Below are positions 1 to 11,735 of a stretch of 64,000 nt of DNA, in pieces. Under the pieces are notes generated by a model. That model was not told where the DNA came from. It ran no database searches and worked only from the letters and a program-made list of their open reading frames with translations. The translations under genes were made by a program, and so were the position numbers. Position 1 is the stretch's first letter, and each line of letters opens with the position of its first letter. Source of the stretch: Pseudomonas sp. (GTDB lineage Bacteria > Pseudomonadota > Gammaproteobacteria > Xanthomonadales > Xanthomonadaceae); NCBI GenBank assembly GCA_047607345.1, contig JASGDF010000139.1, forward strand, positions 2,313 to 66,312. Direction: 5' to 3'.

Positions 1-845
1 CACTGGAGCCGCGGCTGAAGCCCGACGCGCTGCTGACCACCAACACCTCCTCGATCCCGCTGGCCGAGCTGCGCGGGCACATCGCGCGGCCGGCGCAGTT
101 CGCCGGCCTGCACTACTTCAACCCGGTGGCGCAGATGCCGCTGGTGGAGATCGTGCAGCACGACCAGTTCGACGCGGCCAACGTCAAGCGCCTGGCCGCG
201 TTCTGCAAGGCGCTGGACAAGCTCCCGGTGCCGGTGGCCGGCACGCCGGGTTTCCTGGTCAACCGCGTGCTGTTCCCGTATCTGCTGGAAGCGGCCAGTG
301 CGTATGCCGAGGGCATCCCCGGCGCGGTGATCGACAAGGCCGCGGTGAAGTTCGGCATGCCGATGGGACCGATCGAACTGATCGACACGGTCGGCCTGGA
401 CGTGGCGGCCGGCGTCGGCGCCGAGTTGGCGCCGTTCCTGGGCCTGCAGATCCCGGCGGCGCTGCAGACGGTCGAGCCCGGCAAGCGCGGCAAGAAGGAC
501 GGCCAGGGCCTCTACAAGTGGGAGAACGGCAAGCCGGTCAAGCCGGAGGTGCCAGCCGACTACACCGCGCCGGACGACCTGGAGGACCGCCTGATCCTGC
601 CGCTGCTCAACGAGGCCGTGGCCTGCCTGCACGACGGCGTGGTCGCCGACGCCGATCTGCTCGATGCAGGCGTGATCTTCGGCACCGGCTTCGCGCCGTT
701 CCGCGGCGGCCCGATCCAGCACATCCGCGCGACTGGCGCCGACGCCCTGCACGAACGCCTGAAGACGTTGCAGGCCCGCCACGGCGGGCGCTTCGCACCG
801 CGCCCGGGCTGGGATTCGCCGGCATTGCGCGAACCGGTGGCCTGA
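1..845 (+). CDS. 3-hydroxyacyl-CoA dehydrogenase / fatty acid oxidation complex alpha subunit (FadJ/FadB-like), C-terminal part, 5' end outside window
   Basis: Motifs TNTSSIP, GLHYFNPV, PGFLVNR, FGMPMGPIELIDTVGLDV, GTGFAPFRGGP; frame open to the window start. Confidence 0.9.
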   Translation, partial: LEPRLKPDALLTTNTSSIPLAELRGHIARPAQFAGLHYFNPVAQMPLVEIVQHDQFDAANVKRLAAFCKALDKLPVPVAGTPGFLVNRVLFPYLLEAASAYAEGIPGAVIDKAAVKFGMPMGPIELIDTVGLDVAAGVGAELAPFLGLQIPAALQTVEPGKRGKKDGQGLYKWENGKPVKPEVPADYTAPDDLEDRLILPLLNEAVACLHDGVVADADLLDAGVIFGTGFAPFRGGPIQHIRATGADALHERLKTLQARHGGRFAPRPGWDSPALREPVA

Positions 846-852
846 TCGGCCT

Positions 853-918
853 GTGGGAGGGACTTCAGCCCCGACGGGCTTTCCCGGGAAGGCCCGTCGG
901 GGCTGAAGCCCCTCCCAC
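853..918. repeat. REP doublet (REPIN-like)
   Basis: GTGGGAGGGACTTCAGCCCCGACGGGC ... GCCCGTCGGGGCTGAAGCCCCTCCCAC inverted pair between convergent genes. Confidence 0.85.
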
Positions 919-920
919 CA

Positions 921-1895
921 TCAGGAATGGACGTGACCGTGATGGCCCTGGCGATCCGGCCCGTGATCGTCGTGGTCGTGGTCGTGGTCGTGGTCGTGCG
1001 GCTGGCCCACGCTGCACGCGTCGCCGCAGTGGTCGGCCTCGATCTGCAAGGTGACGTGGTCGATCCCGAAGCGCTCGTGCAGCAGCTGGCCGAGCCGGCG
1101 CCGCAGCGCGTCGGGTTCGCCGCCGTCGGCGATGACGACATGCGCGGTCAGCGCCGGGGTGCTCGAGGCCAGCGCCCACACGTGCAGGTCGTGCACGTCG
1201 ACCACCCCCGGATGCGCGCCCAGCTCGGCGCGAACCGCGCCCAGGTCCACACCCTTGGGCACGCCCTCCAGCAGCACGTTGACCGCCTCGCGCAGCAGCA
1301 CCCAGGTGCGCGGCAGCACCCACAGGCCGATCAGCACCGCCAGGATCGGATCGATCAGCTGCCAGCCGGTGAAGCGAATCAGCAGCGCGCCGATGATCAC
1401 CGCCACCGAGCCGAGCATGTCGCTCCACACTTCCAGGTAGGCGCCCTTGACGTTCAGGCTCTCGCCGCTGCCGGCGTGCAGCAGGCGCATCGCGATCAGG
1501 TTGACCACCAGGCCCAGCGCGGCGATGACCAGCATGCCAGTGGAAGCGATCGCCTGCGGCTCGCGGAAGCGCTCCACCGCCTCCCACAGGATGTAGCCGC
1601 CGACCACGAACAGCAGCGCGCCGTTGACCAGCGCGCCAAGCGCTTCCAGGCGGGCGTAGCCGTAGGTTCGGCGCGCGTCGGGCGGGCGCCGGCTCAGGCG
1701 CACCGCGAGCAATGCGATCATCAGCCCGAGCGTGTCGGTTGCCATGTGCGCGGCGTCGGACAGCAGCGCCAGGCTGTTGGTGACGAAGGCCCCCACGATC
1801 TCGGCCAGCAGGAAGCCGCCGGTCAGGCCCAGTGCCCACCACAGCGGCTTCTCATGGCGGATCGTGCTCGGTGCGTGGTTGTGGTCGTGTCCCAT
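921..1895 (-). CDS. czcD: Cation diffusion facilitator (CzcD/ZitB-like) Zn/Co/Cd efflux transporter
   Basis: SLALLSDAAHMATD, RTYGYARLE, SLNVKGAYLEVWSD, VHDLHVW; His-rich termini; ATG at 1895 with GGAGGAG RBS (ORF-track start at 2291 runs through a REP). Confidence 0.92.
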   Translation of the reverse strand: MGHDHNHAPSTIRHEKPLWWALGLTGGFLLAEIVGAFVTNSLALLSDAAHMATDTLGLMIALLAVRLSRRPPDARRTYGYARLEALGALVNGALLFVVGGYILWEAVERFREPQAIASTGMLVIAALGLVVNLIAMRLLHAGSGESLNVKGAYLEVWSDMLGSVAVIIGALLIRFTGWQLIDPILAVLIGLWVLPRTWVLLREAVNVLLEGVPKGVDLGAVRAELGAHPGVVDVHDLHVWALASSTPALTAHVVIADGGEPDALRRRLGQLLHERFGIDHVTLQIEADHCGDACSVGQPHDHDHDHDHDDHGPDRQGHHGHVHS

Positions 1896-1974
1896 CGTGT
1901 CTCCTCCAATGGACGGCACGATAACCGCGGCGGATGTCCGGAGACTATTACACACCCCTGCCCTCGCGCTTTTC

Positions 1975-2041
1975 GTAGGAGCGACTTCAGTCGCGATGGC
2001 TTTCCCGACAAGGCCCCGATCGCGACTGAAGTCGCTCCTAC
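1975..2041. repeat. REP doublet (REPIN-like)
   Basis: GTAGGAGCGACTTCAGTCGCGAT ... ATCGCGACTGAAGTCGCTCCTAC inverted pair. Confidence 0.9.
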
Positions 2042-2062
2042 GAAAAAGCAAGAAAAGAGAAT

Positions 2063-2420
2063 CTAGCGCGAGCCGGCGACCAGCTTCACCACACTGGAGA
2101 AGTCCAGCGCGCCGTTGCCGGCGCGGCTGTTCATCGCATAGAGGTTGCGCGCCAGCTCGCCGAGCGGGATCGCCGCGCCTACCCCCATCGCCGCCTCCAC
2201 CGCCAGGCCCAGGTCCTTGAACATCAGGTCGTTGCCGAAGCCGCCGCTGTAGCCGCGCGAGGCCGGCGCGTTCTCCAGCACGCCCGGCCACGGGTTGCAG
2301 ACCTCGGTGGCCCAGCTGCGGCCGGTGCTGACCGCCATCATCTGCGACAGCACCTTCGAATCGAGCCCATGCGTGACGCCCAGCGCGATGGCCTCGCCGG
2401 TGACCACCATGATTACGAGA
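2063..2420 (-). pseudogene. mmsB: 3-hydroxyisobutyrate dehydrogenase (MmsB) C-terminal remnant
   Basis: TGEAIALGVTHGLD..STGRSWATEVCNPWPG..APASRGYSGGF..KDLGLA..DFSSVV is the MmsB C-terminal domain; no N-terminal GxGxMG Rossmann fold upstream. Confidence 0.75.
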
Positions 2421-2611
2421 AGCGCCCCATACGCAACCGCCGTGTCATCGCATTGCCTTGTTCCATCTGGCCATTGCCACCGACCGCAGCGAATTTCCAC
2501 ACCTGCCGTGACGACTGTCTGGGTTTGCGACTGACCGCATTGACAGCACTCGTGCCCATTACCGCTAATGGCACGCACTTGGCGAATCCCGCCAGATACA
2601 GGGGAAAATCC

Positions 2612-4279
2612 GTGGTCATTCAAAACCGCGTACGCAAAGCGGCGCTTTGCGTCGTGTTCGCCTGCGTCACGTTATTACCGGCAATTGCCAACGCGTTCGG
2701 CCTTACCTCAGATTCCAAATACTTCATCGTCGACACCGGCGCCGACCTGATCTTCAAAGTCCGCCGTGTCGATTCGGGCAGCAGCACGCAGGCCGGGGGC
2801 GACCTGGCCTCGATCATCTACAACGGCGTGCAATATCAGGACACCTCGCGCGGCAGCCAGCTCAACCTGGGCGCCGATTCACTCTACGACGATGGCACCG
2901 ACGCCACCGTCGAGGCCGAGCAGGTCGACGACGATCACATCAAGATCACCGTCACCCAGGGCGACTTGATCCACTACTACCTGGCCGTGAACGGCGAGGC
3001 CCGGATCTACATGGGCACGGTGTTCACGTCCGAGCCTTCCGCGGGCTATGTGCGCTACATCCTGCGCGTACCGTATGCGCGGCTGCCCTATGGCCCGGAG
3101 GCCTCGGACATGAACGGCGCCACGGTGGCGGTCGAGTCCGGCGACGTCTCCGCGCTGACCACCGGCGAGACCCGCTCCAAGCACTATTCCGGCCTGCGCG
3201 CCAAGGACTGGAGCTACATCGGCGCCACTGGCAGCGACATCGGCATGTGGATGGTGCGCGGCAACAGCGAGGGCATGTCGGGCGGGCCGTTCTACCGTTG
3301 CCTGAACAACCGCGGCGGCACCGACCAGGAGATCACCTACATGATCAACTACGGCATGGCGCAGACCGAGGATTTCCGCTTCGGCATCCTCAACACCTAC
3401 GCGCTGGTCTTCACCGACGGCAGCGCGCCGGATACGGACGATATCGATTTCTCGTGGATGGCCGACATGGACCTGGAGGGCTACCTGGATGCCGACGGGC
3501 GCGGCGCGGTCAGCGGCAGCGTCACCAGCGGCATCGATACGTCCACCTACGACTACACCGTCGGCCTGAGCAACGACGTGGCCCAGTACTGGGGTGACGT
3601 CAGCGCCGACGACGGCAGCTTCTCGGTGTCCGACGTACGGCCGGGCGACTACACGCTGACGATCTACAAGAACGAGCTGGCGGTCTACACCGGCACGGCC
3701 ACCGTCAGCGCGGGCGAGACCACCGCCACCGGCGATCTGACGGTCACGGATGATCCTTCCGACACCACCGCGGTGTGGCGCATCGGCGAATGGGACGGCA
3801 CGCCCGCCGAATTCCTCAACGCCACCAATGTCATCGCGATGCACCCGTCCGACTCCCGCCTGTCCTCATGGAGCCCTGGCGACTACGTCGTTGACGAATC
3901 CGACGACGCCACCGGCTTCCCGGCCTACCAATGGAAGGACGTCAACAACGGCCAGGTCATCACCTTCACCCTGACCGAGGACCAGGTCGCCAAGTCCACC
4001 TTGCGCGTAGGCATCACCGTCGCCTATGCCGGCGCACGCCCGCGCGTCACCGTGAACGGATGGAGCGCCACTTCCCCCAGCGCATCCACCCAGCCCTCCA
4101 CGCGCAGCCTGACGGTGGGCACCTACCGCGGCAACAACCACACCTTCAGCTACACGATTCCGGCCAGCAAGCTGCAAGCCGGCGAGAACACCCTGACCCT
4201 GACCCTGATCAGCGGCAGCTCCGGTGACGACTACCTCAGCCCGGGCGTGGCCTACGACGCGATCGACCTGATTCAGTAA
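2612..4279 (+). CDS. Secreted rhamnogalacturonan lyase (PL4, RhgB/RhiE-like)
   Basis: Signal peptide ending ANA-FG; TRSKHY, SGGPFYR, WRIGEWDGTP, MHPSDSR, SRSLT-like TRSLTVGTYRGNN, LSPGVAYDAIDL; GTG start at 2612 with AGGGG RBS. Confidence 0.88.
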   Translation: MVIQNRVRKAALCVVFACVTLLPAIANAFGLTSDSKYFIVDTGADLIFKVRRVDSGSSTQAGGDLASIIYNGVQYQDTSRGSQLNLGADSLYDDGTDATVEAEQVDDDHIKITVTQGDLIHYYLAVNGEARIYMGTVFTSEPSAGYVRYILRVPYARLPYGPEASDMNGATVAVESGDVSALTTGETRSKHYSGLRAKDWSYIGATGSDIGMWMVRGNSEGMSGGPFYRCLNNRGGTDQEITYMINYGMAQTEDFRFGILNTYALVFTDGSAPDTDDIDFSWMADMDLEGYLDADGRGAVSGSVTSGIDTSTYDYTVGLSNDVAQYWGDVSADDGSFSVSDVRPGDYTLTIYKNELAVYTGTATVSAGETTATGDLTVTDDPSDTTAVWRIGEWDGTPAEFLNATNVIAMHPSDSRLSSWSPGDYVVDESDDATGFPAYQWKDVNNGQVITFTLTEDQVAKSTLRVGITVAYAGARPRVTVNGWSATSPSASTQPSTRSLTVGTYRGNNHTFSYTIPASKLQAGENTLTLTLISGSSGDDYLSPGVAYDAIDLIQ

Positions 4280-4770
4280 CACCGCCCCTCGGGCATCAGG
4301 CCCCGCGCCCCCGGCACGATCTGGCCGGGCGGCGCGGGGTGCTGTTCCAGGGCCGAAGCGCCCGCCGCTGCCGAATTAAGAGCAGCCAAAGAAACCCAGC
4401 CGTCGTCCCCGACAGCACGGCAACGCATGTTCGATCCAGCGCGCCGCGCGCCATCACTGGCCGGCCGGTTGAGCCCGGCCGGCTGGCGTACCGCCTCCGC
4501 GTCGACCTCCTGGCCTGCGCGGATGGCCAAGACCTGATGACACGCCACGACGCCTTGCCGGACAGGATCTGCAGACGGCCCACGAGCGGCACGCCCGATC
4601 GCCGCGACGCAGCGTGGACCAGTTGATCTTCCGCCACCACGCCTCGACGATCGAATCTGATCCCACCTTGGGCGCTCGCCGCCGATTTGGCTACCCTATA
4701 GCGCTGCTTTCGCCCCGTCACGACGGCCGGCCCCCTGCCCCGTCCTCCCCCTTCGACGTCTAGCCCCCTG

Positions 4771-7398
4771 ATGACCGACTCTGCGACAAACGTCCGAAAA
4801 GCCGCGGCCGCTGCGGAACACACCCCTTTGATGAAGCAATACTTCGCTGCCAAGACGGAGTACCCGGACCTGCTGCTGTTCTTCCGGATGGGCGACTTCT
4901 ACGAGTTGTTCTACGACGACGCGCGCAAGGCCGCGCGCCTGCTCGACATCACCCTGACCCAGCGCGGCAGCTCGGGTGGCGCGCCGATCCCGATGGCCGG
5001 CGTGCCGGCGCATGCCTACGAGGGCTACCTGGCGCGATTGGTCGCGCTGGGCGAATCGGTGGCGATCTGCGAGCAGATCGGCGATCCGGCGCTGGCCAAG
5101 GGCCTGGTCGAGCGCAAGGTGGTGCGCATCGTCACTCCGGGCACCGTCACCGACGAGGCACTGCTCGACGAGCGCCGCGACACGCTGCTGATGGCCCTGT
5201 CGCGCGGCAAGGCCGGCTACGGGCTGGCCTGGGCCGACCTGGCCGGCGGCCGCTTCCTGGTCAACGAGGTCGACAGCGACGACGCACTCGAAGCCGAACT
5301 GGCGCGGCTGGAACCGGCCGAGCTACTGATCCCCGACGAGGAGGGCTGGCCGGAATTCCTGCGCCAGCGCAGCGGCGTGCGCCGCCGCCCGCCGTGGCTG
5401 TTCGACGCCGACAGCGGGCGCCGCCAGCTGCTGGCCTTCTTCAAGCTGCACGACCTGTCCGGCTTCGGCCTCGACGACAAGCCGCGCGCCACCGCGGCGG
5501 CCGGCGCGCTGCTCGGTTACGTCGAGGAGACCCAGAAGCAGCGCCTGCCGCATCTGACCTCGATCGCGACGGAAGTGGCCGGCGAGGCGATCGCGATGAA
5601 CGCCGCCACCCGCCGCCACCTCGAGCTGGACACCCGCGTCGACGGCGATACCCGCAACACCCTGCTCGGCGTGCTCGACAGCACCGTGACACCGATGGGC
5701 GGGCGCCTGCTGCGGCGCTGGCTGCACCGCCCGTTGCGCCTGCGCGAGGTGCTGACGCAGCGCCATGCCGCGGTCGCCACACTCATCGATCATGGCGCCG
5801 ACGCCGACTTGCGCGAGACCTTCCGCGCGCTCGGCGACCTGGAGCGCATCCTCACCCGCGTGGCGCTGCGCTCGGCGCGCCCGCGCGACTTCTCCACCCT
5901 GCGCGACGGCCTGGCGCTGCTGCCGCAGGTGCGCGCGATCCTGCAGCCGCTGGACTCGCCGCGCCTGCAGGCGCTGCACGCCGAGCTGGGCGAGCACGAC
6001 GCGACCGCCCACCTGCTCGCCACGGCGATCGCCGACCAGCCGCCGCTCAAGCTCTCCGACGGCGGCGTGATCGCCGAAGGCTTTGATGCCGAGCTGGACG
6101 AGCTGCGCCGGCTGTCCACCCACGCCGACCAGTTCCTGATCGACCTGGAGATCCGCGAGCGCGAAAGCAGCGGCATCCCGACCCTCAAGGTCGGCTACAA
6201 CCGCGTGCACGGCTACTACATCGAAATCAGCAAGGGCCAGGCCGACAAGGCGCCGGTGCACTACAGCCGCCGCCAGACCCTGACCAACGCCGAGCGCTAC
6301 ATCACCGAGGAGCTGAAGGCGTTCGAGGACAAGGTGCTGTCCGCGCGCGAGCGCTCGCTGGCGCGCGAGAAGCTGCTGTACGAACAGCTGCTGGACGTGC
6401 TCGGCGCCGAGCTCGAACCGCTCAAGCACTGCGCCGGCGCGCTCAGCGAGCTGGACGTGCTGGCCTGCTTCGCCGAGCGCGCGCAGGCGCTGGACTGGTC
6501 GCGGCCGGAGCTGGAGACCGCGCCGTGCCTGCGGATCGAGCGCGGCCGCCATCCGGTGGTCGAGGCGGTGCGCGAGCAGCCGTTCGAGCCCAACGACCTG
6601 GACCTGCATCCGCAACGCCGCATGCTGGTCGTGACCGGCCCGAACATGGGCGGCAAGTCGACCTACATGCGCCAGAACGCGCTGATCGTGCTGCTCGCGC
6701 ACATCGGCAGCTACGTGCCGGCCGCGCGCGCGGTGATCGGCCCGATCGACCGCATCCTGACCCGCATCGGCGCCGGCGACGACCTCGCCAAGGGTCAGTC
6801 GACCTTCATGGTCGAGATGGCCGAGACCAGCTACATCCTGCACCATGCCACCGCGCAGTCGCTGGTGCTGATGGACGAGATCGGCCGCGGCACCTCGACC
6901 TACGACGGCCTGGCGCTGGCCGACGCGGTCGCGCGCCACCTCGCCCACGCCAACCGCTGCTACACGCTGTTCGCCACGCATTATTTCGAGTTGACGGCGC
7001 TGGCAGACGAATCGTTCGAGGGCGGTCCCAGCGGCATCGCCAACGTGCACCTGGACGCGGTCGAGCACACCGACAGGAACGGTGGCGAATCGCTGGTGTT
7101 CATGCACGCGGTCAAGGACGGCCCGGCCAACCGCAGCTTCGGCCTGCAGGTGGCCGCCCTGGCCGGCCTGCCGAAGGCCACCGTGGCGCAGGCGCGCCGC
7201 CGCCTGGCCGAGCTGGAACAGCGCGGTGGCGAGAGCCAAGCCGCGCAGATGGCGCCGCAGTCGCTGGATGCGCCGCAGCAATTCGGCCTGTTCGCCCCCA
7301 GCTCCGCCGCGCTCGACGCGCTGCAGACGCTCGACCCGGACGAGCTGACGCCGAAACAGGCCATGGAGGCGATCTACCGGCTCAAGGCGCTGCTCTGA
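4771..7398 (+). CDS. mutS: DNA mismatch repair protein MutS
   Basis: [57 protein letters not shown]. Confidence 0.98.
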   Translation: MTDSATNVRKAAAAAEHTPLMKQYFAAKTEYPDLLLFFRMGDFYELFYDDARKAARLLDITLTQRGSSGGAPIPMAGVPAHAYEGYLARLVALGESVAICEQIGDPALAKGLVERKVVRIVTPGTVTDEALLDERRDTLLMALSRGKAGYGLAWADLAGGRFLVNEVDSDDALEAELARLEPAELLIPDEEGWPEFLRQRSGVRRRPPWLFDADSGRRQLLAFFKLHDLSGFGLDDKPRATAAAGALLGYVEETQKQRLPHLTSIATEVAGEAIAMNAATRRHLELDTRVDGDTRNTLLGVLDSTVTPMGGRLLRRWLHRPLRLREVLTQRHAAVATLIDHGADADLRETFRALGDLERILTRVALRSARPRDFSTLRDGLALLPQVRAILQPLDSPRLQALHAELGEHDATAHLLATAIADQPPLKLSDGGVIAEGFDAELDELRRLSTHADQFLIDLEIRERESSGIPTLKVGYNRVHGYYIEISKGQADKAPVHYSRRQTLTNAERYITEELKAFEDKVLSARERSLAREKLLYEQLLDVLGAELEPLKHCAGALSELDVLACFAERAQALDWSRPELETAPCLRIERGRHPVVEAVREQPFEPNDLDLHPQRRMLVVTGPNMGGKSTYMRQNALIVLLAHIGSYVPAARAVIGPIDRILTRIGAGDDLAKGQSTFMVEMAETSYILHHATAQSLVLMDEIGRGTSTYDGLALADAVARHLAHANRCYTLFATHYFELTALADESFEGGPSGIANVHLDAVEHTDRNGGESLVFMHAVKDGPANRSFGLQVAALAGLPKATVAQARRRLAELEQRGGESQAAQMAPQSLDAPQQFGLFAPSSAALDALQTLDPDELTPKQAMEAIYRLKALL

Positions 7399-7508
7399 CG
7401 GCGCCATGACGGATGCTGGAGAGGCGTCGCTCCCCCCCCGGTCATCGGCGCAGGATCGATCTGCTAGGCTCAGCATCCCGCCGCTCCGGCAACCGGTCAG
7501 GAAACGCC

Positions 7509-8126
7509 ATGAACAACGCCACGCTCACCAGCACCCTGCTCCAGCAGCTGGAAGGTTCCGGAGTCCAGCAGATCGCCTCGCAGCTGGGTGTCGATCCGGC
7601 CCAGGCACAATCGGCCGTCGCCACCGCGGTGCCGCTGCTGCTCGGCGCGCTCGGCCGCAACACCCAGCAACCGGAAGCCGCGCAGGCGCTGCTGGGTGCC
7701 TTGCAGCGCGACCATGCCGACGCGGCCGGCAGCTTCGACCTGAGCGGTCTACTGGGCTCGGTCCTCGGCGGCGGCACGACAGCGCAAACCGATGGCGCCG
7801 GCATCCTCGGGCATATCTTCGGCGGCAACACCTCGCAGGCCGCCAGCGGACTCGGCCAGGCCACCGGGCTCGACAGCGGCAAGTCCGGGCAGTTGCTGCA
7901 GATCCTCGCGCCGATCGTGCTCTCCTTCCTCGCCCAGCGTTTCCTCGGCGGCGGCAGCGCCGATGCCGGCCAACTCGGCCAGGCGCTCGGCCAGGAGCAC
8001 CAGCAGGCAAGCACCAACGCCAGTCTGTCCGGCGTGCTTGGCAGTGTGTTCGACCAGGACGGCGACGGCCAGCTTGGCGTGAGCGACCTGCTGAAGATCG
8101 GCAGCGGCCTGTTCGGCAAGCGCTGA
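7509..8126 (+). CDS. DUF937 domain protein (Gly/Leu-rich, C-terminal DQDGDG EF-hand-like motif)
   Basis: DGAGILGHIFG, LAPIVLSFL, DQDGDG typical of DUF937; ATG 7509 with AGGA RBS. Confidence 0.75.
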   Translation: MNNATLTSTLLQQLEGSGVQQIASQLGVDPAQAQSAVATAVPLLLGALGRNTQQPEAAQALLGALQRDHADAAGSFDLSGLLGSVLGGGTTAQTDGAGILGHIFGGNTSQAASGLGQATGLDSGKSGQLLQILAPIVLSFLAQRFLGGGSADAGQLGQALGQEHQQASTNASLSGVLGSVFDQDGDGQLGVSDLLKIGSGLFGKR

Positions 8127-8166
8127 GCGACGGATTTTCCGGCATTGGCACAAGCACGCCAAATCA

Positions 8167-8232
8167 ATAGTCAAAGACTATTGAAATATTAGAATAATTC
8201 GAATTCACCAAACGATCGACGCAGCTTATCGT
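8167..8232 (+). promoter_or_regulatory. Putative OxyR operator plus sigma70 promoter for katG
   Basis: ATAG-N7-CTAT-N7-TTAG-N7-CGAA (8167-8203) fits OxyR ATAG/CTAT spacing; directly followed by TTCACC (8204-8209)-N17-TATCGT (8227-8232). Confidence 0.7.
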
Positions 8233-8257
8233 GGCTTCTCACCGTGAGGAGCCAGCC

Positions 8258-10709
<2,452 letters not shown>

Positions 10710-10743
10710 TCGTCCCGAATCCCTCGGCAAAGGGAGCAACAGG

Positions 10744-10774
10744 AACGCCCCGGCCACGGCCGGGGCGTTTTTTT
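10744..10774 (+). terminator. Rho-independent terminator of katG
   Basis: AACGCCCCGGCC-AC-GGCCGGGGCGTT followed by T-run. Confidence 0.85.
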
Positions 10775-10806
10775 CGGCCAGACGCTCACCTGCAGGCACT
10801 CACCAT

Positions 10807-10870
10807 GTAGGAGGGACTTCAGTCCCGACAGGCGTTACCGACCCAGCATCGGGACTGAAGTCCCTCCTGC
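10807..10870. repeat. REP doublet (REPIN-like)
   Basis: GTAGGAGGGACTTCAGTCCCGA ... TCGGGACTGAAGTCCCTCCTGC. Confidence 0.88.
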
Positions 10871-11066
10871 AAAAAGCCGGCCCCGGCGCCTCCTCGCACC
10901 CCAAAGCACCCCAAAGGGGCCAAGCACCCCAAAGGGGCCAGCACCCCAAAGGGGCCAGAGTAAATTTTCACCCCAAAGGGGCCAGAGTAAATTTTTGTTT
11001 CAAACAGATATGCACCCTGGCCCCTTTTCTGCTTGGTGTAAAAAGCCGGCCCCGGCACATCCTCGC
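10871..11066. repeat. Nested 'staircase' repeat (five copies starting CACCCCAAAG) bracketed by a 27-bp imperfect direct repeat
   Basis: Units start at 10897, 10907, 10925, 10942, 10969; flanks AAAAAGCCGGCCCCGGC(GCC/ACA)TCCTCGC at 10871-10897 and 11040-11066. Confidence 0.9.
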
Positions 11067-11077
11067 GCACTGCCGCC

Positions 11078-11488
11078 CTACATCGCGTCGATATCCCCCA
11101 GCGCGCGGATCAGGCGCCGCGCACGCTTGTCCGGCCGGTGTTGCGGCGGCTGATAGCCGGTTCGCGCGGCATCACGCAGCGCACGCACCTCCGCCCGCCG
11201 CGCCCGTGAAGCCTCGCTCTCCTCGTACAGCTGTTGTGCCACCACCGCCGGCCCGCGCTGCTCGCTGAGCCCGCGCACCACAAGCTCAAAAACCTCGTCG
11301 CCACGGCTGACACGCAACTGCTCGCCGACCCTGACCGCACGCGAGGACTTCGGCCGCTGCCCGGCCACCTCCACCTTTCCGGTCTCGATCGCCTGCTTGC
11401 ACAGGCCGCGCGTCCTGAAGAACCGCGCGGCCCACAGCCATACATCCAGGCGTACCGCCGCCAACACCACACTCTGCTCGCTGGTCAT
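11078..11488 (-). CDS. hslR: Ribosome-associated heat shock protein Hsp15 (S4 RNA-binding domain)
   Basis: VRLDVWLWAARFFRTR, RGPA..AQQLYEE, RPDKRARR. Confidence 0.92.
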   Translation of the reverse strand: MTSEQSVVLAAVRLDVWLWAARFFRTRGLCKQAIETGKVEVAGQRPKSSRAVRVGEQLRVSRGDEVFELVVRGLSEQRGPAVVAQQLYEESEASRARRAEVRALRDAARTGYQPPQHRPDKRARRLIRALGDIDAM

Positions 11489-11735
11489 GCCTTCTCGTCG
11501 CACTCCACACGTATCGATCAAAAACTCCCGCGCCGAACGGGCTGCGCAGGCGCCGGGGCAAGCCCGCCCCGATCCCACATGGGGATCGGCACACGAGCCG
11601 ATCCGGAGGTTGTGCCGCAGCGCTCAAGGCCTTCCTACATGCCGGCGCCAGTTTGGACAGGAAGAAGGGAATTGCAAACCGGCGACCCCCACAGTGCTAA
11701 TGTGCGCCGCGCCTCCTCCCCTCCGCGGCCCGACG

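Noticed and set aside
965-1000. GTGGTC hexamer repeat
   Set aside because: Encodes the ordinary His-Asp metal-binding tail of the CDF transporter.
10897-11028. Possible mini-CRISPR array
   Set aside because: There are no unique spacers, the units are nested prefixes of unequal length, and no cas genes are present; reported as a staircase repeat instead.
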